Origin: an uncultured Spirochaetota bacterium
GTDB lineage: Bacteria; Spirochaetota; Brevinematia; Brevinematales; JAOACQ01
Reading direction: 5' to 3'
Assembly (NCBI GenBank): GCA_963835575.1
Contig: CAWIGG010000002.1
Coordinates: 608,001 to 672,000, forward strand
DNA length: 64,000 bases
Shown here: positions 19,033-28,799 of the stretch, piece after piece
How the letters are laid out: each line of letters begins with the position of its first letter
Position numbering within the stretch: the first letter of the stretch is position 1
Made by a program: the position numbers and the translations under genes
Notes under the pieces: model-generated
What the model was told of the DNA's origin: nothing
Database searches by the model: none
What the model saw: only the letters and a program-made list of their open reading frames with translations

Positions 19033-20508
19033 ATGAAGCGGATAAATTTTATTGCTCTATTGTTACTAATGACCGGCGCTCAATTGTTTTCTGCGGTGAA
19101 AGTGCTGAGCGTCATCTCGGACCTAAAAGATTATAACAATCTGATTGACGGTAAAATGGATACTTACGCGTCCGGGAAAAAGGGAGATAATACGATTATA
19201 CTTCAGCTTGGGACTATGAAGTATATAAAAGACTTGAAAATATATTTAGAAGAACAGGCGCAGATAAAAAAAATTTCGTTATATACTTCAGATAATTTCA
19301 TAAATTGGAGTATTATATTAGAGAAGAGGAATCCGAATGAAAACATCCTTGACTTTCAATTAAAAAATACCGCAGGTCTATTTATAAAAATTGTGATCAA
19401 TTCCGATTCGGAAATTAAAATCAAAGAAATCGAGTGTTTTGATGCAACAGCGCCTAAAAATCAAATATTTAATATTAAAATCGACTCTATTATGGAAGAC
19501 TCTGTTGTACTTAATTGGGAAACGAAAATCAAGACAGAGGACTTTTTTGTCTATTCAAAGAAAGTGAACGGCACAAAAATGACATTGTTTGAAATGGATT
19601 ATAAAGAGAAACATTCCATAAAACTGAAGGGGCTTTTAAAAGGCACCGAATATGTTTTTAATATAATAAGCCAGTCCCCCGACGGAACAAAATTAGAAAG
19701 CGAGCCGATGGAATTCAGGACAAAAGGGACTCCGTTACCGGATATCTGGGAATTGAGAGCGGTCAATATCAACCCTTATACGGCCAAAATTTATTACCGC
19801 TCCAACATTCCCACAAAGTATGAAGTCTATCTGGGCCAAAATGAAAAAAAGCTGGATAAAATCATTGAAGAAGGTAAATTCAGCGAAGCGAGAGAATTTG
19901 ATATACTGGGGCTTCAGCCTGAAACAATATATTATTATAAAATAATTTTAAAGGACAAGCTCGGGAATGTGGCAATGACGCCGCCGCTCCAGTTTAAAAC
20001 ACCCGCGGATAATATCGCCCTGGGTAAAAGGGTTATCGGGACTTTTAATTTTATTGATGAAGATATTAAAAAAAGGGGGTTTGGAGAGACCACAGTCGAT
20101 AAGGTTGTGGACGGCAATCTGAATTATTTCGGCGGAATGGCAATCTCTTATAATGCGGACAATGCGGATCAATATGTTATAATTGACCTGGGAAAGTCTG
20201 AACCGGTAAAAAGGATTGATGTCTACTGGTGGGCTTTATCCTATTCAAGGGATTACAGGATCGAATTGAGCGAGAACGGCACTGATTGGTTTACTGCGCA
20301 AGAACATATTGACGCGGAAAAAGGGATTGATATTAATTCCCCAGGAGGCGATTATCTGGTTTATCAGTCGGTACCAATTAATAAAACCGCGAGACTGGTT
20401 AAACTGTTTGTTAAAGCCGGTAATTTGAGGGGCTCGAAGATTAAAAAATGGAACCCGCGTCCCAATTTGTATCTTTGTGAGATTGCGGTAATAAAAGAGC
20501 CCAAATAA
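19033..20508 (+). CDS. Secreted discoidin (F5/8 type C) + fibronectin-III domain protein
   Basis: Signal peptide MKRINFIALLLL; NLIDG, two FN3 units (LKGLLKGTEY, GLQPETIYYY), NIALGK...QYVIIDLG...YRIELSENGTDW. Confidence 0.82.
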   Translation: MKRINFIALLLLMTGAQLFSAVKVLSVISDLKDYNNLIDGKMDTYASGKKGDNTIILQLGTMKYIKDLKIYLEEQAQIKKISLYTSDNFINWSIILEKRNPNENILDFQLKNTAGLFIKIVINSDSEIKIKEIECFDATAPKNQIFNIKIDSIMEDSVVLNWETKIKTEDFFVYSKKVNGTKMTLFEMDYKEKHSIKLKGLLKGTEYVFNIISQSPDGTKLESEPMEFRTKGTPLPDIWELRAVNINPYTAKIYYRSNIPTKYEVYLGQNEKKLDKIIEEGKFSEAREFDILGLQPETIYYYKIILKDKLGNVAMTPPLQFKTPADNIALGKRVIGTFNFIDEDIKKRGFGETTVDKVVDGNLNYFGGMAISYNADNADQYVIIDLGKSEPVKRIDVYWWALSYSRDYRIELSENGTDWFTAQEHIDAEKGIDINSPGGDYLVYQSVPINKTARLVKLFVKAGNLRGSKIKKWNPRPNLYLCEIAVIKEPK

Positions 20509-20567
20509 AAAATTTATATCCAGTTTACTGTTTTTTTATATTCTCTTTTTTTGTAAGGAGGCCAGTT

Positions 20568-21656
20568 ATGAAAGGGAGAAGGGTTTTTGGTATTGTTGCC
20601 GGCTTGTTTGTGATTTTCCTTCTGGGTGTGGTGATTTTCATCCCCTGGGGAGGCAGCAAACTTGGAGCCGCAACAGGCGCCGGTATTGTCCTGACAAACA
20701 TAGTGCAGGTGAACTGGAACAGCGGCGCTATTGCTATGTCGACGAATGCCACTAATGTCGGCGCTGCTGTAGGAACAAACTATGGCATGACATGGATCGG
20801 GATAACAAACCAGAATGTTGTTTCCGGAACGTCTGTTTCCAACGAAACAATTCTTTCCAATGATGGGAATGCTACCGCGGACTTTATCCTGACCTTCAGC
20901 AGTAATACTTTTCCAAATACCAGTTCAGTAAACTGGTCTGCGGTTTTTACCAATGAGGCCGGAGGCGCAAGCAGCGGTAATCTCAGGGTTACGCTGGCCC
21001 CATCCAGTTTTGCGAATATCCGCCTTTTCATTTCAGTTCCCAACACTGAAACGAACGGAGCCTTTATCATCTTTCAATGCTTTTCATCCAATTCGAATGC
21101 CGTTGCCGAAATCGGCACAGCCGCCACAAACTATGTCGGTTATAACGGTATTCCTTACGGAGGCGACATGGGAAGATACGGAGCTCCTGTAGGCGAAGCA
21201 TTTCTTTCCAATGCTCAGCCCAATTTTACGAACTGGATTGTCACAACGATTTTTGCCAATATTTTGATTTCAAAAACCGCCGATATCAGCAACGCGGCTC
21301 CTTTTATAGCCAATACGACAATCCCATTCCCCGGAGCCATTATAACATACAGGCTCGGTTTTACAAACTCAGGCATGGTGGCCGGAAATTCCGTACGGAT
21401 TATTGATACGATTCCCACAAATGATCTTTTGTATGTTAATAATTCTCTCAAGAAGGGTAATTATGCGACCACTTTTGCCAATTACGGGACTCTTACGGCT
21501 CTTTTAGACACCCCGGGAGATGATGACGGTTCAACGAATCCTACGGCTGCCGACCAGATTATTTTCTGCCCGACAAACGGCGTTGCTCCTTTGACCGGCG
21601 GCGATATTCAGTCCAATGACGCCGGCGCTTATTACTACAGAACTTATTTGAAGTAA
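20568..21656 (+). CDS. Secreted Thr/Asn-rich protein with C-terminal DUF11 domain
   Basis: N-terminal hydrophobic segment; ISKTAD...PGAIITYRLGFTNSG...V.IIDTIP; strong AGGAG RBS. Confidence 0.75.
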   Translation: MKGRRVFGIVAGLFVIFLLGVVIFIPWGGSKLGAATGAGIVLTNIVQVNWNSGAIAMSTNATNVGAAVGTNYGMTWIGITNQNVVSGTSVSNETILSNDGNATADFILTFSSNTFPNTSSVNWSAVFTNEAGGASSGNLRVTLAPSSFANIRLFISVPNTETNGAFIIFQCFSSNSNAVAEIGTAATNYVGYNGIPYGGDMGRYGAPVGEAFLSNAQPNFTNWIVTTIFANILISKTADISNAAPFIANTTIPFPGAIITYRLGFTNSGMVAGNSVRIIDTIPTNDLLYVNNSLKKGNYATTFANYGTLTALLDTPGDDDGSTNPTAADQIIFCPTNGVAPLTGGDIQSNDAGAYYYRTYLK

Positions 21657-21903
21657 TCTTGCTTGATTTATTGTCTAATTGTTTATCAGGAAAGGAATTT
21701 TGCTAATTTTTAAATTATGGGACATTACTACAGATTCTAAGAATTCATTCCTGGGATATTCCTTCCTGATCCGGGTTAATAGTTAATATACCCTAATTAA
21801 TAAGACAAATCTTCCCTGATAGCTGGCAGAGGAAAAAGAGATTAATTAATAAAATATAAATACTATAGATAACACGGGGGATTAAGGTTAGTGGAATAAG
21901 ATT

Positions 21904-22911
21904 ATGAGATATCTGCTGATGGTTTTGTTCTTAGCGGTAAGCATTGATTTCTATGGGAATGTCAAGTTAATCGGCAGGGACGGCTGGTATGCGCAGGTTG
22001 AGATCAATAAAAGCCTTTTTAAAAATTCCCCCGCCGTTTTTTTAATTTATAACAATCAGATAACAAATACTTTATTCCTTCTGGAGGATGATGCTAACCG
22101 TCTCTTTAAGCTGAATATTGATGACGGTCTTTATGATTATGTCATTTATGATATTGAAAAAAAAGTTCTGGAAAAGGGAAAGCTTGATTTAACAGAACCG
22201 TTTAAGTTTAATATTAAGACAATAGGTTCTGATAATATTGAAGTTGAGATTAATACAAAAGATTATGAAAATATAGAAGCCAGCCTGTTGCTCAGTAATA
22301 AAATCCTTAATAATAAGAAATTAACTGTCAATAAAAGTAATATCATCAGATTTGAGAATTTGGGATCCGGCACTTATTACAGACTGGAATTGACCTCTAA
22401 TAATTATTATAAAAGTAAGGGATTTAAAACACTGCTTAAAAACATCGCCTTGAATAAACCGGTATACGGGACTTTTACAAAATTGCCGGAAAGCAGGTTT
22501 GTTGACGATACAACGCCTGTGATCAGAAGAATTAATGACGGCAGGCTGGAATGGTATAAGGGAATGGCAGTCAGCGGCGAAGTAAATTCAAGCGATCAAT
22601 ACGCTTTTATCAATTTGCTCGGTATGGAGGAACTGAAGGAAATAAAAGTGTACTGGCATGCCTATTATTATCCGCTTAAATATTCTTTTTATTACAGCAA
22701 AGATGGGACAAACTGGAATTATATTGAAAGGAGTACCAATCAATTTTCCAATAATGTAGCAGGCGACAACACGCCGCTCATAATCGATGATATAATGACA
22801 AATATAACAGCGTATTATATCGGTATTATTGTTAAAAAAGGGGAAAAGATAAATAACAGGCTGGCACTGAGGAATTATCTTGAATTGTTGGAGATTGAAG
22901 CCTATGAATAA
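21904..22911 (+). CDS. Secreted protein with C-terminal discoidin domain (paralog of 19033-20508)
   Basis: Signal peptide; NIALNKPVYGTF, INDG, DQYAFINL, YSKDGTNW. Confidence 0.75.
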   Translation: MRYLLMVLFLAVSIDFYGNVKLIGRDGWYAQVEINKSLFKNSPAVFLIYNNQITNTLFLLEDDANRLFKLNIDDGLYDYVIYDIEKKVLEKGKLDLTEPFKFNIKTIGSDNIEVEINTKDYENIEASLLLSNKILNNKKLTVNKSNIIRFENLGSGTYYRLELTSNNYYKSKGFKTLLKNIALNKPVYGTFTKLPESRFVDDTTPVIRRINDGRLEWYKGMAVSGEVNSSDQYAFINLLGMEELKEIKVYWHAYYYPLKYSFYYSKDGTNWNYIERSTNQFSNNVAGDNTPLIIDDIMTNITAYYIGIIVKKGEKINNRLALRNYLELLEIEAYE

Positions 22912-24130
22912 ATGGTTGTTTTGTTTGGTTCTTCTCCTGCCGATCAGCCTTTCTGCCGCTACAAGATCCGGCACTGTCTTCACAAATACCGCCAGAATAT
23001 ACGGCGGCCCTTATGTTATAGACCAGACGAATGTCTTTTTAACAGCAGGCTCTATTTACGGCCTCAGTGCTCTGATTTCTACGACAAATGTATATATCGG
23101 ATATCCGATTTTTACTTTAAGAATACCCTTCAGCATAACGAATTTAGGCAACGATGCCGACAGCAATGCCCAGATATTTGTGGAACTCCTCAGCAACAAT
23201 CCGGGATATGCCGCAAGCGCCTGGAATTATTCCATTGAAGTAAGTTCCGTTACACAGGGAACAAATTACGCGATACCATACGCCAGCTTCGGAGAAGGGG
23301 CTATTTTCAGTTTCAACCTGGTTGTTTACATTCCTGCCGATTGCCCGTCCGGTTCCAGCGGTTTTTTCAGGGTTATTGCGTCTACTCTCAGTAATACAGG
23401 GCATGTCGCCGCTCAATATACAGGTTATAATCTTCTAAACTACGGAGGCATAGATACCGCCTCAAATGATATCCGGATCAATATTAATCTGCCCAATCAA
23501 ATAACAAGCATTTTCGGCACTGATGGTATTGATACGATCAACATTTTTAATGGCTTGTATGGTCTCCGCAGAACAAAAAATTCAATCACCCTTAATCTCG
23601 CTAATGCGCCATTCAATTTAAACAGTCTGTATCTATGGTATGCGGTTGACAGTCTGGCTGACGGTAGTTTTGGCCCTAATACGGCGGATACATCCGTGAA
23701 GATGACTACATTATCATCAAAACAATTCCAGGGTGATATTCCCGGGAACGCTCTATCCAAGGGTTCAATATTGTCTTTTGTTTTTGAGATTGATGGAGTA
23801 ACGTATTTAACGAATTTAACATACAGGCTTTTGGACCTGGGATCTCAGGATAATTATCAGACTGTTCTTATGCATAATGTTATTGATTATAAAAGCGGAG
23901 ATTATCTCTATATAAAACTCCCGGACAAACTGATGGGTAAGGAAGGGAAAGTCTATATATTCTCTATCAGCGGCGACCTGGTCTATATTATGTCTACGGG
24001 GAATCTGGATCAGCAGATATTAAAATGGAACGGTATGGATAAAACAAAGGCCTGGGTTGCAAAAGGCATGTACTTTATAGTGATAGATTTTGCCGATTTA
24101 AAGGAAGTCCGCAAGGTTTATGTTAAATGA
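22904..24130 (+). CDS. Secreted protein with T9SS type-A-like / FlgD-Ig C-terminal domain
   Basis: Signal peptide MNKWLFCLVLLLP; C-terminal KVYIFSISGDLV...WNGMD....VAKGMYFIVI........KVYVK. Confidence 0.75.
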   Translation: MNKWLFCLVLLLPISLSAATRSGTVFTNTARIYGGPYVIDQTNVFLTAGSIYGLSALISTTNVYIGYPIFTLRIPFSITNLGNDADSNAQIFVELLSNNPGYAASAWNYSIEVSSVTQGTNYAIPYASFGEGAIFSFNLVVYIPADCPSGSSGFFRVIASTLSNTGHVAAQYTGYNLLNYGGIDTASNDIRININLPNQITSIFGTDGIDTINIFNGLYGLRRTKNSITLNLANAPFNLNSLYLWYAVDSLADGSFGPNTADTSVKMTTLSSKQFQGDIPGNALSKGSILSFVFEIDGVTYLTNLTYRLLDLGSQDNYQTVLMHNVIDYKSGDYLYIKLPDKLMGKEGKVYIFSISGDLVYIMSTGNLDQQILKWNGMDKTKAWVAKGMYFIVIDFADLKEVRKVYVK

Positions 24131-25683
24131 TAAAGGGATTTATGAATAAAAAGTTTATCATTCAAAAATCCATACTTCTTATAATAGCATCGCTTTTCTT
24201 TGTCAATTCCTTGATGTTCCCGGCCATCACTTCCGGTTCTGATTTTCAAAAAATCCCGAAAAGCGCCAGGGCTATCGCACTTGGTGAAAGCTATACCGCC
24301 GCTATTGATGATATTGCCGCTATTGATTATAACCCGGCGGCGCTCAATACAATGAAAAATATTGGGTTTTCTTTGATGTATCAAACCTGGATTGACAACA
24401 GCTTCGGTGCTTACGGGGCGGCGGGTTACAGGCTTGGGTCATTTGTTTTTGGAAGCAGCTTCTATTATCTGAACTACGGCGGTTTTAAGGAATATGATTA
24501 TTTCGGAAATTATGTTCAGAGTTACAATCCTTGTGATATGAATCTTAAACTGGCGGTATCCGCCGATGGAGGCATTCTTGCCGAATTCTTGAAAGGCCTG
24601 TCCATAGGAATGTGTGTTTCAGGGATTTACAGAAGCCTGCTTGATGATTATCAGCTGGGGATGACAGTGGATGCCGGGATTCATTATAAAACAACGCTTT
24701 CAAAACTGCTTCAAATTAATGATGAATACTTCAATGAAACGGTCGGCTTTATGCCGATCAATGCGGGCTTTTCCATTCAAAATATTGGTTTTTCGGGTGA
24801 ATTTATGGCGCCTCTTAGAATGAATGCAGGTATTTCAATAGGCCTGTTCCGCGATTTTTTTCTTTCTTTTGATATATCCAAAGATTATAACGATACCCCC
24901 TTAATGTTCAAGTGCGGAGCAGAATACACCCTTTTTGATATACTTTCAGTCAGATGCGGTTTTAATATCGGTAAAGACAGCGGTAATTTTTCGGCCGGAT
25001 TCGGAATTAAATACCCGTTAATCTTTGACAATCTCCGTTTTGATTATGCTTTTTCACCGCTGGGGGTCATGGGCAACAACAACAGCTTTTCCATTTATGG
25101 GGAATTTCTATTCGGTAGGAATTATGATGACTATTTCAGCAAAGGATTATATTATTATAATAAACAGGATTACTTAAAAGCAAGAGAGTTATGGAGAAAT
25201 GCTTTGAATTTAAGCCCGAAAAGCGAAGAAGTCATCAGAAAATTAAAAAAGGTAAATGAAATGATTGATTATAACCTTTTAGATCCGGATAGATTAAAAT
25301 CAACAAACACATTATATATATCCCAGCTTGATTCAGTCAAATCAGGCGTTTCAGTTAATAATCAGTTTGCCGCTTTTCTTATTATAACAAAACGAGATAA
25401 TGTGACAAATGTATCCCTGACCGGCGATTTTAATAACTGGAATATTAATAATCTGCAGTTAAAAGCGGATAACACCACGGTACTCTCCAATACTATCTGG
25501 AGTATAACCCTTAGGTTGATGAAAGGCGTTTATATGTACAAGTTTGTGATTAACGGTTCAAAATTTGAATACGACATGAATAATCCCGTCTTTACTCCGG
25601 ACGGCAAAGGCGGAACCAATTCAATTTTACTGATCGAAACCTCAGATTCCAATCAGACTAAAACAATGGAAACTGCCGAATAA
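24127..25683 (+). CDS. PorV/PorQ-family outer-membrane barrel fused to TPR and CBM48 (glycogen-binding) domains
   Basis: SARAIALGESYTA..DD..A..YNPAAL, GAEY, LRFDYAF..LG..G; TPR (KGLYYY...DYLKA...W..AL); VSLTGDFNNW...YMYKFVING...D..NP...DG.GG.NS. Confidence 0.82.
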   Translation: MIKGFMNKKFIIQKSILLIIASLFFVNSLMFPAITSGSDFQKIPKSARAIALGESYTAAIDDIAAIDYNPAALNTMKNIGFSLMYQTWIDNSFGAYGAAGYRLGSFVFGSSFYYLNYGGFKEYDYFGNYVQSYNPCDMNLKLAVSADGGILAEFLKGLSIGMCVSGIYRSLLDDYQLGMTVDAGIHYKTTLSKLLQINDEYFNETVGFMPINAGFSIQNIGFSGEFMAPLRMNAGISIGLFRDFFLSFDISKDYNDTPLMFKCGAEYTLFDILSVRCGFNIGKDSGNFSAGFGIKYPLIFDNLRFDYAFSPLGVMGNNNSFSIYGEFLFGRNYDDYFSKGLYYYNKQDYLKARELWRNALNLSPKSEEVIRKLKKVNEMIDYNLLDPDRLKSTNTLYISQLDSVKSGVSVNNQFAAFLIITKRDNVTNVSLTGDFNNWNINNLQLKADNTTVLSNTIWSITLRLMKGVYMYKFVINGSKFEYDMNNPVFTPDGKGGTNSILLIETSDSNQTKTMETAE

Positions 25684-25750
25684 ATTAATAACAGAAGAAA
25701 GAGTGTTGGCTTAAGCTTTCCTTTTATGAAGGGAGGAAATTGATATGGCT

Positions 25751-25954
25751 TTATGCTGTTACATCAAGCTTTTTGCCCAGTGTTTCCTTCGGAAGAACTG
25801 GATTAGAGCCGCCGGATTTATTATCCGCATCCCTTTGAGATTTAGCCTGGGCTGATCTTTCGGCGGCTTTTTTATCTTCCATAGCCTTCATTCCTTCCTT
25901 TTGCTTCTGGGCGGTGGTTAATTCTTGAAACTGTTGAGCGGGAGAAATAATCAT
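25751..25954 (-). CDS. Small hypothetical protein (YjfB-like C-terminal LGKKLDVTA)
   Basis: AGGAGG RBS; helical N-terminal part; C-terminal G..LD..A motif. Confidence 0.55.
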   Translation of the reverse strand: MIISPAQQFQELTTAQKQKEGMKAMEDKKAAERSAQAKSQRDADNKSGGSNPVLPKETLGKKLDVTA

Positions 25955-26048
25955 AAAAATCCTCCTTAATTCTCAACTCATTTTAATTGAGTTTTTTAAA
26001 TATATCAATAGAAAAATATTATTTTTTTTTAATTACAGCACTGTATCT

Positions 26049-27311
26049 TTACTTTAATTCCAATGTTACCAGTGTTTCGATATGATAGGTATGAGGAAAC
26101 ATATCAACAGGCTGGCAGTAAACCGCTTTATAATTTTTCCCCGTCAGGATCAATAAATCCCTGGCAAGCGTTTCGGGAGAACAGGATATATAGATTATTT
26201 TTTCAGGCTTAATCCGTAAGATTTCTTTTAATACTTCAGGCTCACAGCCGGAACGCGGCGGGTCTAAAATCACAGTTTGAAACATTCCGGTATTTAAATC
26301 TTTTAAAACGTATTTTATGTCGGAAGCGATGAATTCCGCATTTTGGATTTGATTTATTTTAGCATTTATTCCTGCGAACTTTATGGCGGCTGGATTATTA
26401 TCGATCCCCAGGGCTTTATGCGCTTTTGCCGCGGCCGGGAGCGTAAAGAATCCCGATCCGCAGTAAAGGTCCAGCACATCGCCGGTTACATTTACAAGGG
26501 ATTTATCGATTAAATTTAACAATATGCCGGATTGATCATAGTTTGTCTGGAAAAAGCCGTTCAGAGGTATCCGGTAAAGGTAATCGCCGGTTTTCTGTTC
26601 GATATAATCCCTGCCTGAAATTGTATGATATTCCCGGTAACTGGCTGCTCCTATGCCTTCAATAGTTTTAATATCTTTTATAATTCTACTGCCGATTTTA
26701 TTGATCTCAGATTGAAACCTTTTTACGAAAAAGCAGATGCCCGTTTTACCTTCCTCACTGCTTCTTATGTGCGCTTGAAGAATCACTTCGGGAAAATGAT
26801 ACTTCTTCAGTTTTTCATAAACTTTATTATTTATTTCCATTTCCTGGGGGCAGTTGTCCAGTGTGATTGTTCTTTTGGAACTTTCCTGCATAAATACAAG
26901 ACTGCCGTGTTCATTGAGAAATGAAAACTTATTACGGCAGACGGCCGGATTCTTCATGCCGATTATTTCATTAACTTCAATATTGATTTTACTTTTGATT
27001 TTAAGCATATCGCAGAGTATTTCTCTTTTCCAGAAAAGCTGTTCCCTGTATCCGATATGGAGCCACTGGCATCCGCCGCAGCCGTTTTCAAAGGCGTTAC
27101 AGCCGGATTTAACCCGTTTTTCAGAAGGTTTTATGATTTTTAAAAGTTCTCCTCCGGCGTTATTATTATTTATCCTGTTGATTTTAATTTTCACTCTGTC
27201 GCCTGGAATTGTTCTTGGAACAAAAATAGTATTATTATTGAACTTTGAAACTCCTTCTCCATTTTGATTGAGTGATGAAATTTCAGTTTCTATGATTTCA
27301 TTTTTTAACAT
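26049..27311 (-). CDS. rlmD: 23S rRNA (uracil-5)-methyltransferase RlmD/RumA
   Basis: TRAM domain, CGGCQW Fe-S motif, FFQTN, LDLYCGSG, LDPPRSG, YISC, DMFPHT.H.E. Confidence 0.93.
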   Translation of the reverse strand: MLKNEIIETEISSLNQNGEGVSKFNNNTIFVPRTIPGDRVKIKINRINNNNAGGELLKIIKPSEKRVKSGCNAFENGCGGCQWLHIGYREQLFWKREILCDMLKIKSKINIEVNEIIGMKNPAVCRNKFSFLNEHGSLVFMQESSKRTITLDNCPQEMEINNKVYEKLKKYHFPEVILQAHIRSSEEGKTGICFFVKRFQSEINKIGSRIIKDIKTIEGIGAASYREYHTISGRDYIEQKTGDYLYRIPLNGFFQTNYDQSGILLNLIDKSLVNVTGDVLDLYCGSGFFTLPAAAKAHKALGIDNNPAAIKFAGINAKINQIQNAEFIASDIKYVLKDLNTGMFQTVILDPPRSGCEPEVLKEILRIKPEKIIYISCSPETLARDLLILTGKNYKAVYCQPVDMFPHTYHIETLVTLELK

Positions 27312-27324
27312 AGCGAAGCTTTCC

Positions 27325-27693
27325 TTATGAATTCTTTTTTTTCCAGTATAGCTCTTCTTCCATGAGATGCGCGATAAGTTTTTTAACAGGCCAGCGAATA
27401 TTTTTTTCCGTCAGTCCGCAGAATATTGGGCGCCGGATTTTTTTTTGGGGAAAGATATGGAGAGCCTTCTGTATCTCATTATTATCAAAACCGAGGAACA
27501 CAAGAATTGCCGTTTCTTTCTCTTCAAAATGGTCTTTATTCCGGATTTCCAGCGCTTCCTTAAGCGGCCTGTCCTCCATTCCGGACGCGCTGAGAAGCAG
27601 TATATCTTTCTTTAATTCCTTCGACAATAAATTATTGATTGCTGCAGCATCGGACTTGTTATAACCGTAAAGAAGTATCCCGATTTTATCCAT
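27325..27693 (-). CDS. DUF3783-like protein
   Basis: ILLYGY...PIFCGLTEKN..W....L...L.EE pattern. Confidence 0.7.
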   Translation of the reverse strand: MDKIGILLYGYNKSDAAAINNLLSKELKKDILLLSASGMEDRPLKEALEIRNKDHFEEKETAILVFLGFDNNEIQKALHIFPQKKIRRPIFCGLTEKNIRWPVKKLIAHLMEEELYWKKKNS

Positions 27694-27765
27694 AGGATCA
27701 TTCCTTGTTTTTATTAATATTCCTGCCGGTTAATTCACAGTCTAAGAAATTCAATCTTATGAGTT

Positions 27766-28185
27766 GGAACCACAGATTACACCGATTTCACTGATGTTTT
27801 TCCGTGAAAACTGTGGTGAGCCCTCTGATGAGGTCCGAAGGCCTTGCTCAGGAAATCATTCCAAAATGAATTATTGCAGAAATAATATATTGTCTATTTT
27901 TTTCAAAAATACCAAATGGGAACGGCTGAATAAATTCTATAAACTGGAATATACCTGTAATACATTTTGTAGGGATTATTATCGATTGATATATCGCCTC
28001 CAGAAAATCTGTGCCCATTTTTATAAATTTCAATTATCGTATTAATAATTTCATGTGTTTGTGATTCGTTCTCATTTCTTTTTTCATATTTATAATTATA
28101 ACATGATTTCACTGAATTATAGTGATCTTGACGAATCTATAAATCCAAAAATATAATCTGTGTTTTCTGTGAAATCTGTGGTTTC
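27766..28185 (-). pseudogene. Decayed GxxExxY-family gene enclosed by inverted periodic-repeat arms
   Basis: One frame gives QTHEIINTIIEIYK; an adjacent frame continues MGTDFLEAIYQS and ends AIIHFG. Arms: ggaaccacagattacaccgatttcactgat (27766-27795) / aatctgtgttttctgtgaaatctgtggtttc (28155-28185). Confidence 0.6.
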
Positions 28186-28223
28186 GTTCCTTTGTTCCTT
28201 TTCCCATTAAGCAGTTAGCACGG

Positions 28224-28544
28224 CTATTTCTTAAAAACCAGGGAATAAGAATGGTCAATCATCTTTTTAATTTCCTCATCCGGTATTGTCCCGTCTATGG
28301 CGACTGTATTCCAGTGGGTTTTGTTCATATGATAGCCGGACCTGACAGCCGGATATCGCTCACGGAGTATGATAGCAAGGAACGGGTCACATTTCAAATT
28401 TATACTGATGATTTCATTGTCCAGCGGTATCAGGGCGAACATTTTATTGCTGATTTTCATAATAAGTGTTTCCGGCCCGAATGGAAAGTCCTTGTATGCT
28501 CCCTGTTTGGATGAACAATATTCTATCAGCGTCTTTAAATCCAT
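28224..28544 (-). CDS. MmcQ/YjbR family DNA-binding protein
   Basis: DFPFG, KMFAL, NLKCDP, GYHMNKTHWNTV, IDHSY.LV; start at MDLK with GGGAG RBS. Confidence 0.92.
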   Translation of the reverse strand: MDLKTLIEYCSSKQGAYKDFPFGPETLIMKISNKMFALIPLDNEIISINLKCDPFLAIILRERYPAVRSGYHMNKTHWNTVAIDGTIPDEEIKKMIDHSYSLVFKK

Positions 28545-28658
28545 GCGCTCCCCGTTATGAATTAATAATGAATTAATATCAGATATATAATTCCTTATTC
28601 TATAATAAGTTTTATAATTTTTCAAGAATATTTTAAAAAAGACATGAGAAAAAGACGC

Positions 28659-28699
28659 TTAATAAATAAGCATTATACCTATTTATGCTTATTTATTAA
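28659..28699. promoter_or_regulatory. Perfect 15-bp inverted repeat, candidate activator site upstream of gdhA
   Basis: ttaataaataagcat-N11-atgcttatttattaa. Confidence 0.5.
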
Positions 28700-28799
28700 T
28701 CAACATTCAATAAATTATCAATATGTGATTTGTCCGCCTTTTTTTAATAACTTGTTCTAGAGTAAAGGAATAGAAAATTATAACAATAAATGGATTTAA

